From a virus, in IMG/VR virus record IMGVR_UViG_3300042453_004886, positions 96,001-160,000 of that record: a stretch of 64,000 nt of DNA; one strand, given 5' to 3'. How positions within the stretch are numbered: the first letter of the stretch is position 1; each line of letters begins with the position of its first letter. The position numbers and the translations under genes are program-made. Below the pieces are notes generated by a model, which had not been told where the DNA came from, did not search any database, and saw nothing but the letters and a program-made list of their open reading frames with translations. Of the stretch, positions 43,688 to 52,722 are shown in pieces.

Positions 43688-43756
43688 TATTAGTTTTAGT
43701 TCTTAGTTGCCACTTTAGCTTTTTACTGGAATAGAATATTCCCTTTTGGAGACTTT

Positions 43757-44665
43757 ATGTCAAGTTATACCGAATTTGTAAAACTTAAAAAGTCTCTTGC
43801 TTCAGTAAAAGAAAGAAAAACCTGCATTGTAAGAGAAAATGGCAGATCATCTGATTTTGTAGCTCCGAGCTTGGCAACAGGCTGTGGCCTGAGCTGCTCG
43901 TATTGCTTTGTCGCTCGTCATAGAACTTTTTCTAACCCCATTGAAAGGTACACCAACCTTGATGATATTTGGAAATCTGTTTACGTTCATTGGCTCAAAC
44001 TGCCACCAAAAACCCCTAACCAATGCGATCCTGTTTATTGGACTTATGACATAGGCGAATCTACAGATTGCCTGCTTCCAGCAAACCTTGAAGCAACCAA
44101 CTGGATGATTCAAAAGTACATTCACAGCAGCAAAGCCAAGCCTACCTTTGCCACCAAGATAGGCACTCACAAAGGCCTCCAGGAGGTCCTGCAAGGCCGA
44201 GCCAGAATCCGACTATCTCTGATGCCTCAAGTCCTTTCAGACACGCTAGAGCCCGGTACAAGCAGGATTACGCAGCGTATCAAAGCCATCAACGAGCTCG
44301 TTGAAAAAGGTTACGAAGTCCATGTCAACTTCAGTCCCGTAGTCGTGGTTGAAGGCGTCGAGAAACATTACATCGAATTGTTTCAAGAACTTGACGCAAC
44401 CCTTAATTCTGTGGCAAAGTCTCAAATCAAGTGCGAAGTGATCTTCCTGACCCATCACAAGGAGTTACACGAAAAGAACTTGCGCTGGGCGCCTGAAGCA
44501 GAACAGCTTCTATGGCGGCCCAAGCTTCAGGAAATCAAAACATCCCACAGAGGCGATACCCAAGTTCTTCGTTACGAGCACAGACTTAAAAGTAAATTTG
44601 TGCTATGGTTCAAAAACTTAATTCAAAGACATTTACCATACTGTGAAATACGGTACATTTTTTAG
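43757..44665 (+). CDS. Spore-photoproduct-lyase-family radical SAM protein
   Basis: GCGLSCSYCF (CxxxCxxC); YDIGESTD; FATK; RIRLSLMPQ...LEPGTS; GYEVHVNFSPV. Confidence 0.8.
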   Translation: MSSYTEFVKLKKSLASVKERKTCIVRENGRSSDFVAPSLATGCGLSCSYCFVARHRTFSNPIERYTNLDDIWKSVYVHWLKLPPKTPNQCDPVYWTYDIGESTDCLLPANLEATNWMIQKYIHSSKAKPTFATKIGTHKGLQEVLQGRARIRLSLMPQVLSDTLEPGTSRITQRIKAINELVEKGYEVHVNFSPVVVVEGVEKHYIELFQELDATLNSVAKSQIKCEVIFLTHHKELHEKNLRWAPEAEQLLWRPKLQEIKTSHRGDTQVLRYEHRLKSKFVLWFKNLIQRHLPYCEIRYIF

Positions 44666-44674
44666 GAGTTTTAT

Positions 44675-44911
44675 ATGTCCCAGACTATCAGCACGGATCG
44701 CATCAAGTCTGAATTGAACCAAGCTCACAGCTCGCTTACCGAAGAAGTTAATAAGATTGTTTCTTACACGGATAAGCTCATCGAGCTTAACCTCAACACC
44801 AAGGCTCATGGTATTATTGCAAGGATCGAAACTGTAGCTCAAATGCTTGCAGGTATTCGGCAGGATATCCAGGAAATGAAGATTTCTTATTCGGAGATAC
44901 TGGGTAAATAA
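44675..44911 (+). CDS. Helical hypothetical protein
   Basis: AGGAG SD. Confidence 0.55.
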   Translation: MSQTISTDRIKSELNQAHSSLTEEVNKIVSYTDKLIELNLNTKAHGIIARIETVAQMLAGIRQDIQEMKISYSEILGK

Positions 44912-44912
44912 T

Positions 44913-45230
44913 ATGGGTAAAAAGGTGAAAGACGTTATTTCTCAAGGCAGGAATTTTAACTTTCTTGATACCTTCACAAAGAAAGATAAAATCAAGGCCA
45001 TCATCAAACAAAACGAGTGGCTGATGATGGAAAATAAATATCTTCAAGAGCGTATAGAAACCTACGATGACAGGTTTATCAGCATGTTTTCTCAGCTTGC
45101 TGATCTGAAGCATCAAGTTGAAAATCTTGAAGAGCAAAACAGGTATTTAAGAAATTCTCTTGAAGAAGCAAATAGCTTGAATAAAAAGCTAGAGCGTACA
45201 AGAGTCCGAAACATTTTCATGGTAGATTAG
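44913..45230 (+). CDS. Coiled-coil hypothetical protein
   Basis: Heptad repeats. Confidence 0.55.
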   Translation: MGKKVKDVISQGRNFNFLDTFTKKDKIKAIIKQNEWLMMENKYLQERIETYDDRFISMFSQLADLKHQVENLEEQNRYLRNSLEEANSLNKKLERTRVRNIFMVD

Positions 45231-45400
45231 GTCGAGTCGGGTCAAAGACGACCCGACTCTTTTTCCAGGAAACAACGAAGATTCCTGATCTAAAATATTA
45301 TTTATTTTGGAGGAATCTTGTTTAGATTTTTGTTTTCATCTAACTTTGAAAAAATCACTTTATTCTTGAGTTTTAAAGACTTCTACTATTAGGAGCTGTC

Positions 45401-46213
45401 ATGGAAATTAAATGCTTGGACCACGGGTACGTGAGGGTTGTAGACCTCATGGGAGATGACCTGTCCCCGCTTGAAGCGGCACGTATGAGCACAGGAAATG
45501 AAACCGGTGCAGACCCCGCCAAAGACGACGGGTTACGTGACTATCTCTGGCGTCACAAGCACGCTACTCCCTTTGAAATGAACGCGCTGCAACTGGAAGT
45601 CCAGTGCCCCATCTTTGTTGCAAGGGAATGGATGAGGCACCGAGTTCCATTCAGCTACAACGAGTATTCACAACGTTATTCCGAAGCTCTGGACCTTTAC
45701 TACGTCCCGACAACGGATCGAGTTCAAAACGGCGCTCAGTCAAACATCAACAAGCAAAGTTCTGATGGACTTATTCCTAAGGAGACTTCAGAACGAATTA
45801 CGAATCACATGCAAGATGAGCACATTGCTCAACGAGAAATGTATGAATCTTATTTAGATTATGGCCTGTCTCGTGAACTGGCAAGATTAAATATCCCAGT
45901 CAGCAACTATACCAAGTTCAGAGTGCAGGCCAATCTCAGGGGCTGGTTGCAGTTTGTTGACCTTCGTATTCGTCCAAACGCTCAGCACGAAATTCGTGTA
46001 TACGCAGAAGCCATTGCAGACATCATCAAGCATTTTTATCCAAAGACATATGAAGTGTTTGAAGAGTACACCCTGCTTGGCGCATCGTTTGGACACTCAG
46101 AGATGAATATCATCAGAGATATCATGTCAGAGCTAGAGCTAGATAAACCCAGAATTGTAGAAAAACTGGGCAAGTCAAAAGCCAGGGAGTTCTTTACCAA
46201 GCTCGGTATTTAG
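45401..46213 (+). CDS. thyX: Flavin-dependent thymidylate synthase
   Basis: HATPFE; PIFVAREWMRHR..SYNEYSQRY; ELARLNIP; NLRGWLQFVDLR...AQHEIR. Confidence 0.95.
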   Translation: MEIKCLDHGYVRVVDLMGDDLSPLEAARMSTGNETGADPAKDDGLRDYLWRHKHATPFEMNALQLEVQCPIFVAREWMRHRVPFSYNEYSQRYSEALDLYYVPTTDRVQNGAQSNINKQSSDGLIPKETSERITNHMQDEHIAQREMYESYLDYGLSRELARLNIPVSNYTKFRVQANLRGWLQFVDLRIRPNAQHEIRVYAEAIADIIKHFYPKTYEVFEEYTLLGASFGHSEMNIIRDIMSELELDKPRIVEKLGKSKAREFFTKLGI

Positions 46214-46222
46214 GAGGACTTC

Positions 46223-46477
46223 ATGTCCACGGAAGATATTCAAAAACAGTTTAAAGAAGCTGTGGTGACCAAGCAAAAGTTCAAAGTACAAATCAATGCA
46301 GCTGCTTACGCGTATACATACGTAGAAGTAGAAGCTGAGAACGAGCTAGATGCTCTACAGATCGGTTACGACCTCTTGACCGATCCAGCTATAGCTCAAA
46401 ACTTGGCCAAGGGTGAATGGAACTACATCTTGGATGACTGCTCACCTTTTGAGGTAGACGAAGCTTTTCAAATTTAG
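46223..46477 (+). CDS. Hypothetical protein
   Basis: AGGAGG SD. Confidence 0.6.
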   Translation: MSTEDIQKQFKEAVVTKQKFKVQINAAAYAYTYVEVEAENELDALQIGYDLLTDPAIAQNLAKGEWNYILDDCSPFEVDEAFQI

Positions 46478-46541
46478 CTAGAACAAAGCTAGGTTTTGGT
46501 ATAAGATAGCTCCAGGTAGCAATATCTGGAGCTTACTTAAT

Positions 46542-46730
46542 ATGAGACTACTTAAATATGTTTATCAATACCTTTGTTTGAGTAAGGATTTTAAACCTTT
46601 ATTCAGTCAAGATCTTGATGTTGAAAACATGTCTCGATGGGTACTTCTTAGGCTTATAAAAGAGCTTGGATCTGAATCAACTTTAGAAGAAGCTCTTTAT
46701 CACGTAGCAGGTAAAACCAATGTACACTAA
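46542..46730 (+). CDS. Hypothetical protein
   Basis: ORF of 62 aa. Confidence 0.4.
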   Translation: MRLLKYVYQYLCLSKDFKPLFSQDLDVENMSRWVLLRLIKELGSESTLEEALYHVAGKTNVH

Positions 46731-47148
46731 TGATGATACTTCGATGCGTGGCCCCAGAATAAGCATTGATATAGAAGTAGAAAACCCAAACAAAGAACCT
46801 AAAAAGATTAACAAATTAAAGCTTCCTAAACCTACCCGTCCTGAAACTCCTGAAGAGCAGAAAAAAAGACTGCTACCAAAAAACTTTAATCAACCCGATC
46901 TTTCCCTTCCACCGGATCTGGTTTTTGTAGACGGGCATCTTGTAGATGATTATGTCGTGTTCTTGTTCGATCAGAGAATCCAGTTCACAGAAGATCTGGA
47001 ACCCAGTACCGTGGTTAGAATCAGATGGAACAAAGATAACTTCATCTACGATAAACGAATCATTCTTACAGAAAGAACTAGAATAGTTTACTGGGCAAAC
47101 CCTGCAGATAACAATATTGATACAGGTTTTAGTGATGGTTCTGATTAA
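46720..47148 (+). CDS. Hypothetical protein
   Basis: ORF of 142 aa. Confidence 0.55.
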   Translation: MYTNDDTSMRGPRISIDIEVENPNKEPKKINKLKLPKPTRPETPEEQKKRLLPKNFNQPDLSLPPDLVFVDGHLVDDYVVFLFDQRIQFTEDLEPSTVVRIRWNKDNFIYDKRIILTERTRIVYWANPADNNIDTGFSDGSD

Positions 47149-47222
47149 GTATTTAGTTATTCCTGCACTTGAGTGGGTGTCTGCTGAGCTAGCAGCGGTG
47201 AACAAGATTCTCAGGCGTATCA

Positions 47223-47453
47223 ATGCCAAAAAGAAAAATATCTAGAAAAAAAGCTTGGGAAGCCAAACTAAAAGAAGACCAAAGACGTATAAACTGCGGC
47301 AAGCGTTACGATGAAGAAACCATTCAGGAAGCTTGCCGCATGAAGCGAGAAGGCTTCACAACTCGAGATATCCAGGATCATTTCAATACAATGATTCAAA
47401 GAACAACCCTGATTCGCTGGTTCAAAGCAAACGGAATCTACGATGAGGAATAA
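47223..47453 (+). CDS. Small helix-turn-helix protein
   Basis: EACRMKREGFTTRDIQDHFNTMIQRTTLIRWFK. Confidence 0.55.
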   Translation: MPKRKISRKKAWEAKLKEDQRRINCGKRYDEETIQEACRMKREGFTTRDIQDHFNTMIQRTTLIRWFKANGIYDEE

Positions 47454-47531
47454 AAATGAATGAACAGCCTCATGTACAACCTTGGCAAGACGCTGGAGAT
47501 GTGTTAAACCAGGGTGGTACAGTTCATGTAA

Positions 47532-47765
47532 GTGAATCTACTAAATTCGAGCAATTTAAGGAGAGCGCTGATGCCAGACCCAAAAAAAGTCAGCCCAGAC
47601 GCCGCTCTTAAAGCTGCTCTAGATATCCTTAAAAGGAACGAATTTGACTACTCATCTGTGAATCCAAGACTTAGAGCACTTGCAGAAAACTACATCGCCG
47701 AAAGTCTTGGAGGACGACCTTTCAGAATCATAAAAGAGATAGACTTCAAAGAGGCGGTGCAATGA
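47532..47765 (+). CDS. Hypothetical protein
   Basis: AAGGAG SD before the internal ATG. Confidence 0.5.
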   Translation: MNLLNSSNLRRALMPDPKKVSPDAALKAALDILKRNEFDYSSVNPRLRALAENYIAESLGGRPFRIIKEIDFKEAVQ

Positions 47766-47989
47766 TGCTCTGGGTTCTTGTGAAACAAGATAACCGAATT
47801 GTCTACGACAAAATATTCAATAAAGGTGTACCTTTTGCAGATCTCTCTGTAACCTGTCAGAGAATGGTTGAGTATTCTATCGCAGAACAATTTGCTAAAG
47901 CTGAAAAACCTATAACCGTTCAAATTAACTTTATTCTCAATAACAAAATAGTTAATCAAAAAACTTTTGAAAACATTACATCTAGTTAA
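47762..47989 (+). CDS. Hypothetical protein
   Basis: ATGA overlap. Confidence 0.5.
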   Translation: MMLWVLVKQDNRIVYDKIFNKGVPFADLSVTCQRMVEYSIAEQFAKAEKPITVQINFILNNKIVNQKTFENITSS

Positions 47990-48006
47990 TTTTATTTGGA
48001 GTTTAC

Positions 48007-48516
48007 ATGAGCCTTGAACACGAATTTAAAAAGGCTGTTTCTGACCTGTACACTCATGTTTGTATTTCAGTGGATTCAGAAACAGGTGTAAATAGAAAAT
48101 CGCCCAATATTTGTATTATTCCGCTTACAAAAACTTTTATCAGTACCTTGGTAGAACACGTTAACATTGCAACCAAGCTCAAGGCTAATCTTAATAACTT
48201 TAAAGAAGCTGTATTCTATCTCAGCGAAGATGAAGAAATATCTTTTTATCAAATCTTGGAATCTGATGAACCTGCGCTTGAAGATGACTTGTATGAGCTC
48301 ATGTACGGTAGCAGCAGGGTCAGATTGACTGATAGCAAGCACAAGTACATCCAGACTTTTGAGTACCCTTTCAGAAGAAGCGTATGCTCGATACGTATCT
48401 TTGCAAACGCGCAAGGTGTATACTTTGATGGAGCAGACGAGGACTACGGAGACAAGTTCTCTTCAGACTTTATATCTCGACTTGAACTGCTAACTTGGTT
48501 ACAGGACGCTCTTTAA
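48007..48516 (+). CDS. Hypothetical protein
   Basis: GGAG SD. Confidence 0.6.
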   Translation: MSLEHEFKKAVSDLYTHVCISVDSETGVNRKSPNICIIPLTKTFISTLVEHVNIATKLKANLNNFKEAVFYLSEDEEISFYQILESDEPALEDDLYELMYGSSRVRLTDSKHKYIQTFEYPFRRSVCSIRIFANAQGVYFDGADEDYGDKFSSDFISRLELLTWLQDAL

Positions 48517-48529
48517 ACGAGGCATAGAC

Positions 48530-49195
48530 ATGGCTAAAGTGTGGACTACCGATGAAGAAATCTGGCTTGAGCTAAACTACAAACATCTAGAAACTGCGGA
48601 AGAAAGAGACAAATTCTGCAAGGACTTTGAAAAGAAGTTCAATGTAAAAAGAAGCTTCCACGCAATGAGATTGAAGGCTTGGAAAATGGGAGTCAAGTTC
48701 ACTGATGTGACAGGACTTCCAACTTTACCCGAAGTTGAAAGAACGCTTGGATTGCGTCCCAAAAGGCTTGCAAGGGTCATTCTAGCAAACCCTGACAAGT
48801 ACCCTTGTATTCGTCAAAGCAATCGAATTTTGGTCCCTGAAGAGACTTTCAAGCGATTGGAAGAAGACTACAGAGTTTTCAATCAAGAAGACCTGAAGCT
48901 GACCATGGATGTTGAGGAAGTAGCGGACAAGCTTTGCATATCTCGCAAGTCTGTCATGACGCTTAAAACTTATGGTGTCTTGAAATACATCAGACACGGT
49001 ATCAAATACAGATTCTACAAAGACAGCGTAGACAAAGCGCTTTATTTCAAAGACAACTCTGATCGGCACTGGATACACGAATTCGAGAAGTTTCACCAGC
49101 TTACGCCTACTTATTACAAGCATCTCGAAAAGACAAGAGAAAACATCAAAAAAAGGCGCCAAGAATCCAAAAAGTCAACTTTGGCTACAGCGTAA
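48530..49195 (+). CDS. DNA-binding protein with C-terminal excisionase/MerR-like HTH
   Basis: MDVEEVADKLCISRKSVMTLKTYGVLKYIRHGIKYRF. Confidence 0.6.
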   Translation: MAKVWTTDEEIWLELNYKHLETAEERDKFCKDFEKKFNVKRSFHAMRLKAWKMGVKFTDVTGLPTLPEVERTLGLRPKRLARVILANPDKYPCIRQSNRILVPEETFKRLEEDYRVFNQEDLKLTMDVEEVADKLCISRKSVMTLKTYGVLKYIRHGIKYRFYKDSVDKALYFKDNSDRHWIHEFEKFHQLTPTYYKHLEKTRENIKKRRQESKKSTLATA

Positions 49196-49304
49196 AATAA
49201 ATACCCCCGGGAAACTGGGGGTATATAATTTAAACCTAGATTTTTAAAATTAATGGTTTGAATAAAGTAAAATAATTTAGTAGCAATAAACGGAGGTAAC
49301 GAAA

Positions 49305-49760
49305 GTGATCGAACAGTGGTTACGTTCCGTAGTAAAAAATATAAAAAAGCCTGAACCTCCTAAAAAATCAAAATTTAAGTTACCTAACATGGTTTCAATT
49401 ACACCGTACTTCAGTACAAGTGTAGAGCATGACTACGTCGATGAGCACATCATTCCTGTCGATGAAAATGGAATGGAGTACACGGTTGTAGGTGTTCCAG
49501 GTATTGATAACTTTTCAAACTACTTGATTTATGATGAGTTTAGCTACCATAGCGGTAGGTATGCCATCGGATTTTGTATGGACTACTTTAAAGACAAGTA
49601 CAACGTCATTAATCCCGAGGCAGACGACGTTGTTTATGGAATTTTTCAAATTATACCTGGAGTCCAAGAACTTGACTTTTTTTACTACTACATAGAAAAT
49701 AACTTAGTAAGTCAAGAAATCTATCAAGCTTTCTTAAAAGCAGTTAAAAATAATGAGTAG
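49305..49760 (+). CDS. Hypothetical protein
   Basis: GGAGGT SD, GTG start. Confidence 0.55.
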   Translation: MIEQWLRSVVKNIKKPEPPKKSKFKLPNMVSITPYFSTSVEHDYVDEHIIPVDENGMEYTVVGVPGIDNFSNYLIYDEFSYHSGRYAIGFCMDYFKDKYNVINPEADDVVYGIFQIIPGVQELDFFYYYIENNLVSQEIYQAFLKAVKNNE

Positions 49761-49770
49761 GTTTTAAAAA

Positions 49771-50502
49771 ATGGCAACCAATAACATTATTTTTCTAGAG
49801 TTAGACGACACGTTTGACTTGTCACCCAACCTAGAAAACCTTGTAGCCGGTGAAACGCTAACTTACATTTCCGGAAGCGAAGAACTTTTAACTGTTTCAT
49901 CTGAAGGCGTTGCCACAGTGCAACCTGGAGCCCTTGAAGGCGACTTGATTCTCGTTGAAGTTCACAGCTCCGAGAACGGATACGTCACCACGTTTTTCTT
50001 TATTATCGGAGCACCCGACGGGGTCCCCGAAGTTGTAACAGCTGAGGGGATTACTATTAACGTCAAGCCAGACGTGATTGTCAGCGTGGTGAGAGCAGAT
50101 CCGGAAACTCGAGTACAAATTTTTGACCACGCAGACACTGTTGTTGCAGAAGAAAACGTAACTAGCTTTGGATTTGCCAGAATTGCGGTACCTAGACAAA
50201 GTGTCATTGCTCCTGGAACAAACGATAAAGGTATTGAACTCACCGTTGCGCGTGTCATTGAAAACAGCGCAGTGGGTACGCTGATTACTACTCAAAAAGC
50301 AAGTGTTGTTACCCCGTCAGCACCAACTACAACACTTAGTCAGCAAATCAAAAATGTTCTTTTGACTCCTGTAACTACTACAACAACTACAACTACAACT
50401 ACGACAACCACCACAACCACAACCACAACCACAACTACAAATCCAGGAACAAGTTTAGGTTACGGTGAAGGTCAGTACGGAGATGGTGGATACGGACAGT
50501 AG
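49771..50502 (+). CDS. Putative virion structural protein with poly-Thr tract
   Basis: Beta-rich; about 20 consecutive Thr; ends GYGEGQYGDGGYGQ. Confidence 0.6.
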   Translation: MATNNIIFLELDDTFDLSPNLENLVAGETLTYISGSEELLTVSSEGVATVQPGALEGDLILVEVHSSENGYVTTFFFIIGAPDGVPEVVTAEGITINVKPDVIVSVVRADPETRVQIFDHADTVVAEENVTSFGFARIAVPRQSVIAPGTNDKGIELTVARVIENSAVGTLITTQKASVVTPSAPTTTLSQQIKNVLLTPVTTTTTTTTTTTTTTTTTTTTTTNPGTSLGYGEGQYGDGGYGQ

Positions 50503-50546
50503 TGTAGTAGTATTAAAAAAGTACTACATCCAGGAGTTTATCCAAA

Positions 50547-52706
50547 ATGGCACAAACAGCTAATTTTCAATTAAGTAAGCCCAATCAAGGAGCGTCTGAT
50601 TGGCATATCGACTTAAATGAAAACTTTGATGTAATTGACTCTCAAATAAAAGTAGCTCAAACGCTTACCTCTTCCAAGATTAACTCTGCCCTTGGGTTTA
50701 CTCCGCTCAACCCCGCAAACAAAGGGGCTGCAGACGGCTACGCTTCACTAAATGCTGCTGGTAAAGTTCCTCTGACCCAGCTAGCTATCAACAGCAGCCT
50801 GATTACAAACGCTCTAGGATTTACACCGGAAAGCACAAGCAACAAAGGAGTTGCTGATGGATATGCTTCGTTGGACAGCAACGGCAAGGTGCCTTTATCT
50901 GAGCTAAATATCACCAGCGGAATCGTGACCACTGCTCTTGGCTACACTCCCGAAAATGTAGCCAACAAAGGTCAAGCCAACGGTTACGCTGAGCTAGATT
51001 CAAACGCCAAGATTCCTACAAGTCAGCTGAATATCACATCTTTACAGATCAACTCTGCTATTGGCTTCACACCTACAAACTCTACAACCAAAGGCGCAGC
51101 CGATGGGTATGCTTCCCTTGACGCAAATGGATTTATTCCTGATGAACAGCTTTCCATTACTTCAAGCCATGTAACCGATGCACTTGGATACACTCCTGAA
51201 GATAGTGACAACAAGGGAGCTCCAAGCGGTTACGCATCCCTGGATAGCAACGGACAAATTCCTGCGGAAGAGCTACCAGCAGTTGCTTTTAGCTCGCTCT
51301 CAGATATAGAGCTTTCTTCGCTTTCTTCAAATCAAATTCTTCAGTATGACGGTACAAATTGGGTCAACGCTGACCCAACTGGCTCAGGTGTCACTGTTCT
51401 TTCCGGTATGTCGGATGTACAGATTAGCTCGCCAACTTCAGGCCAAGTTCTTCAATACAACGGAACAGCTTGGGTTAATGCTGCAGCGCCTTCTTCAGCA
51501 GTGCCCGTGCCTGTTCGTCAAACCGTGCTGACAGGCTCTGTAGCCGCTGCAACGGGTGCCGCTAACTTCTTGAGTGCAGGATCCGGTTTAAGCGTAAATT
51601 TGGCTGCTACAGCAGTTCCTGTGAACATTGCGTTTGCTGACGGATTTGGATCTGGTGGGGCTGTAGACTACGTTGGCACCGTAAGCTCAGACGTAACTTC
51701 TGCGTTTAGCGCACTACCTGCAAGCTCAACTTCTTACCTTTACGTAGATAGAAATTCAAGCACTGGTGCTTTGACGTACGGCGCTGTAACAAGTGTTCCA
51801 GTTTACAGCAGCGTAGAGCCTCTAGTAGAAGTAACTTCAGGAACAGCAACTTCTAGTGTTACGGCAACTAGTGGAAACGAAGCATCCAAGCTTTTTGACA
51901 AAAATCCTGCTACTGGTTTTGTAGCAAGCGCATCTACAACAGGCATTATCACATTTGTACCTACTTCAGCATTTTGCTTGGTTCGGTACAGCCTGACAGC
52001 TTGGGATACCACCTCTCCTGGTAGAATGCCACGAGATTGGACCATTCAAGGTTCTAACGATGGTAATTCTTGGACAACAATTGATACCCGCTCAAGTCAA
52101 ACGGGTTGGGTTTCTGGCGAAACTCGGCGTTTTACTGTAAGCAATTCAACTAGCTATGCTCAGTACAGAATCAACGTGAGCGCCAATAACGGAACCAACT
52201 TCCTTGAGATCCGAGGTTTATCGCTTTGGGGTATCCCGGTTGCTAACCAGCACTGGTTCGATCTGAACGCTATGCAGATGAAGGTGTGGAACGGTTCAAG
52301 CTGGGAAACCAAACAAAGAGTATTTCTTGGTGAAGCCGTAACAGGTGCGTCTTCTGTGACGTCTGCAATTACCTACGCACTTCAGGGTAGATACGAATCT
52401 GAAGTGTTTGCAATAGCTAAAAATACAAGTTACACAAGATCTCATAACATTGGTACAGATCAGCTTGTTGCAAAAGGTTACTACAGGTACGATCAAAACT
52501 ATATTTGGTCTGATATAGCTACTTACAGGGGAAGCGCATTTTTTGGTGCAAGACTTTTTCCAGACAGGAACACAGTTAAAGTCGGTACTGCACCAGATTA
52601 CTTAGCTTACGGGGATGCAAGTATTGTTATCTTTGGAACAGAAAACTTCCCCGCAGGAAACTCTACTTCAGGTGAAGCAAAGTTAATTGTAAGGCGCAGC
52701 TGGTAA
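50547..52706 (+). CDS. Tail fibre / receptor-binding protein 1
   Basis: Five LGFTPxxxxNKGxAxGYASLDxxGK repeats; discoidin (F5/8C)-like domain (WTIQGSNDGNSWTTID..YRINVSAN). Confidence 0.8.
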   Translation: MAQTANFQLSKPNQGASDWHIDLNENFDVIDSQIKVAQTLTSSKINSALGFTPLNPANKGAADGYASLNAAGKVPLTQLAINSSLITNALGFTPESTSNKGVADGYASLDSNGKVPLSELNITSGIVTTALGYTPENVANKGQANGYAELDSNAKIPTSQLNITSLQINSAIGFTPTNSTTKGAADGYASLDANGFIPDEQLSITSSHVTDALGYTPEDSDNKGAPSGYASLDSNGQIPAEELPAVAFSSLSDIELSSLSSNQILQYDGTNWVNADPTGSGVTVLSGMSDVQISSPTSGQVLQYNGTAWVNAAAPSSAVPVPVRQTVLTGSVAAATGAANFLSAGSGLSVNLAATAVPVNIAFADGFGSGGAVDYVGTVSSDVTSAFSALPASSTSYLYVDRNSSTGALTYGAVTSVPVYSSVEPLVEVTSGTATSSVTATSGNEASKLFDKNPATGFVASASTTGIITFVPTSAFCLVRYSLTAWDTTSPGRMPRDWTIQGSNDGNSWTTIDTRSSQTGWVSGETRRFTVSNSTSYAQYRINVSANNGTNFLEIRGLSLWGIPVANQHWFDLNAMQMKVWNGSSWETKQRVFLGEAVTGASSVTSAITYALQGRYESEVFAIAKNTSYTRSHNIGTDQLVAKGYYRYDQNYIWSDIATYRGSAFFGARLFPDRNTVKVGTAPDYLAYGDASIVIFGTENFPAGNSTSGEAKLIVRRSW

Positions 52707-52722
52707 TAGGGGTAATTAAAAA

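Noticed and set aside
50370-50440. ACA/ACT/ACC repeats as a phase-variable microsatellite
   Set aside because: They are in-frame degenerate Thr codons (low-complexity linker), so length changes would not shift the frame.
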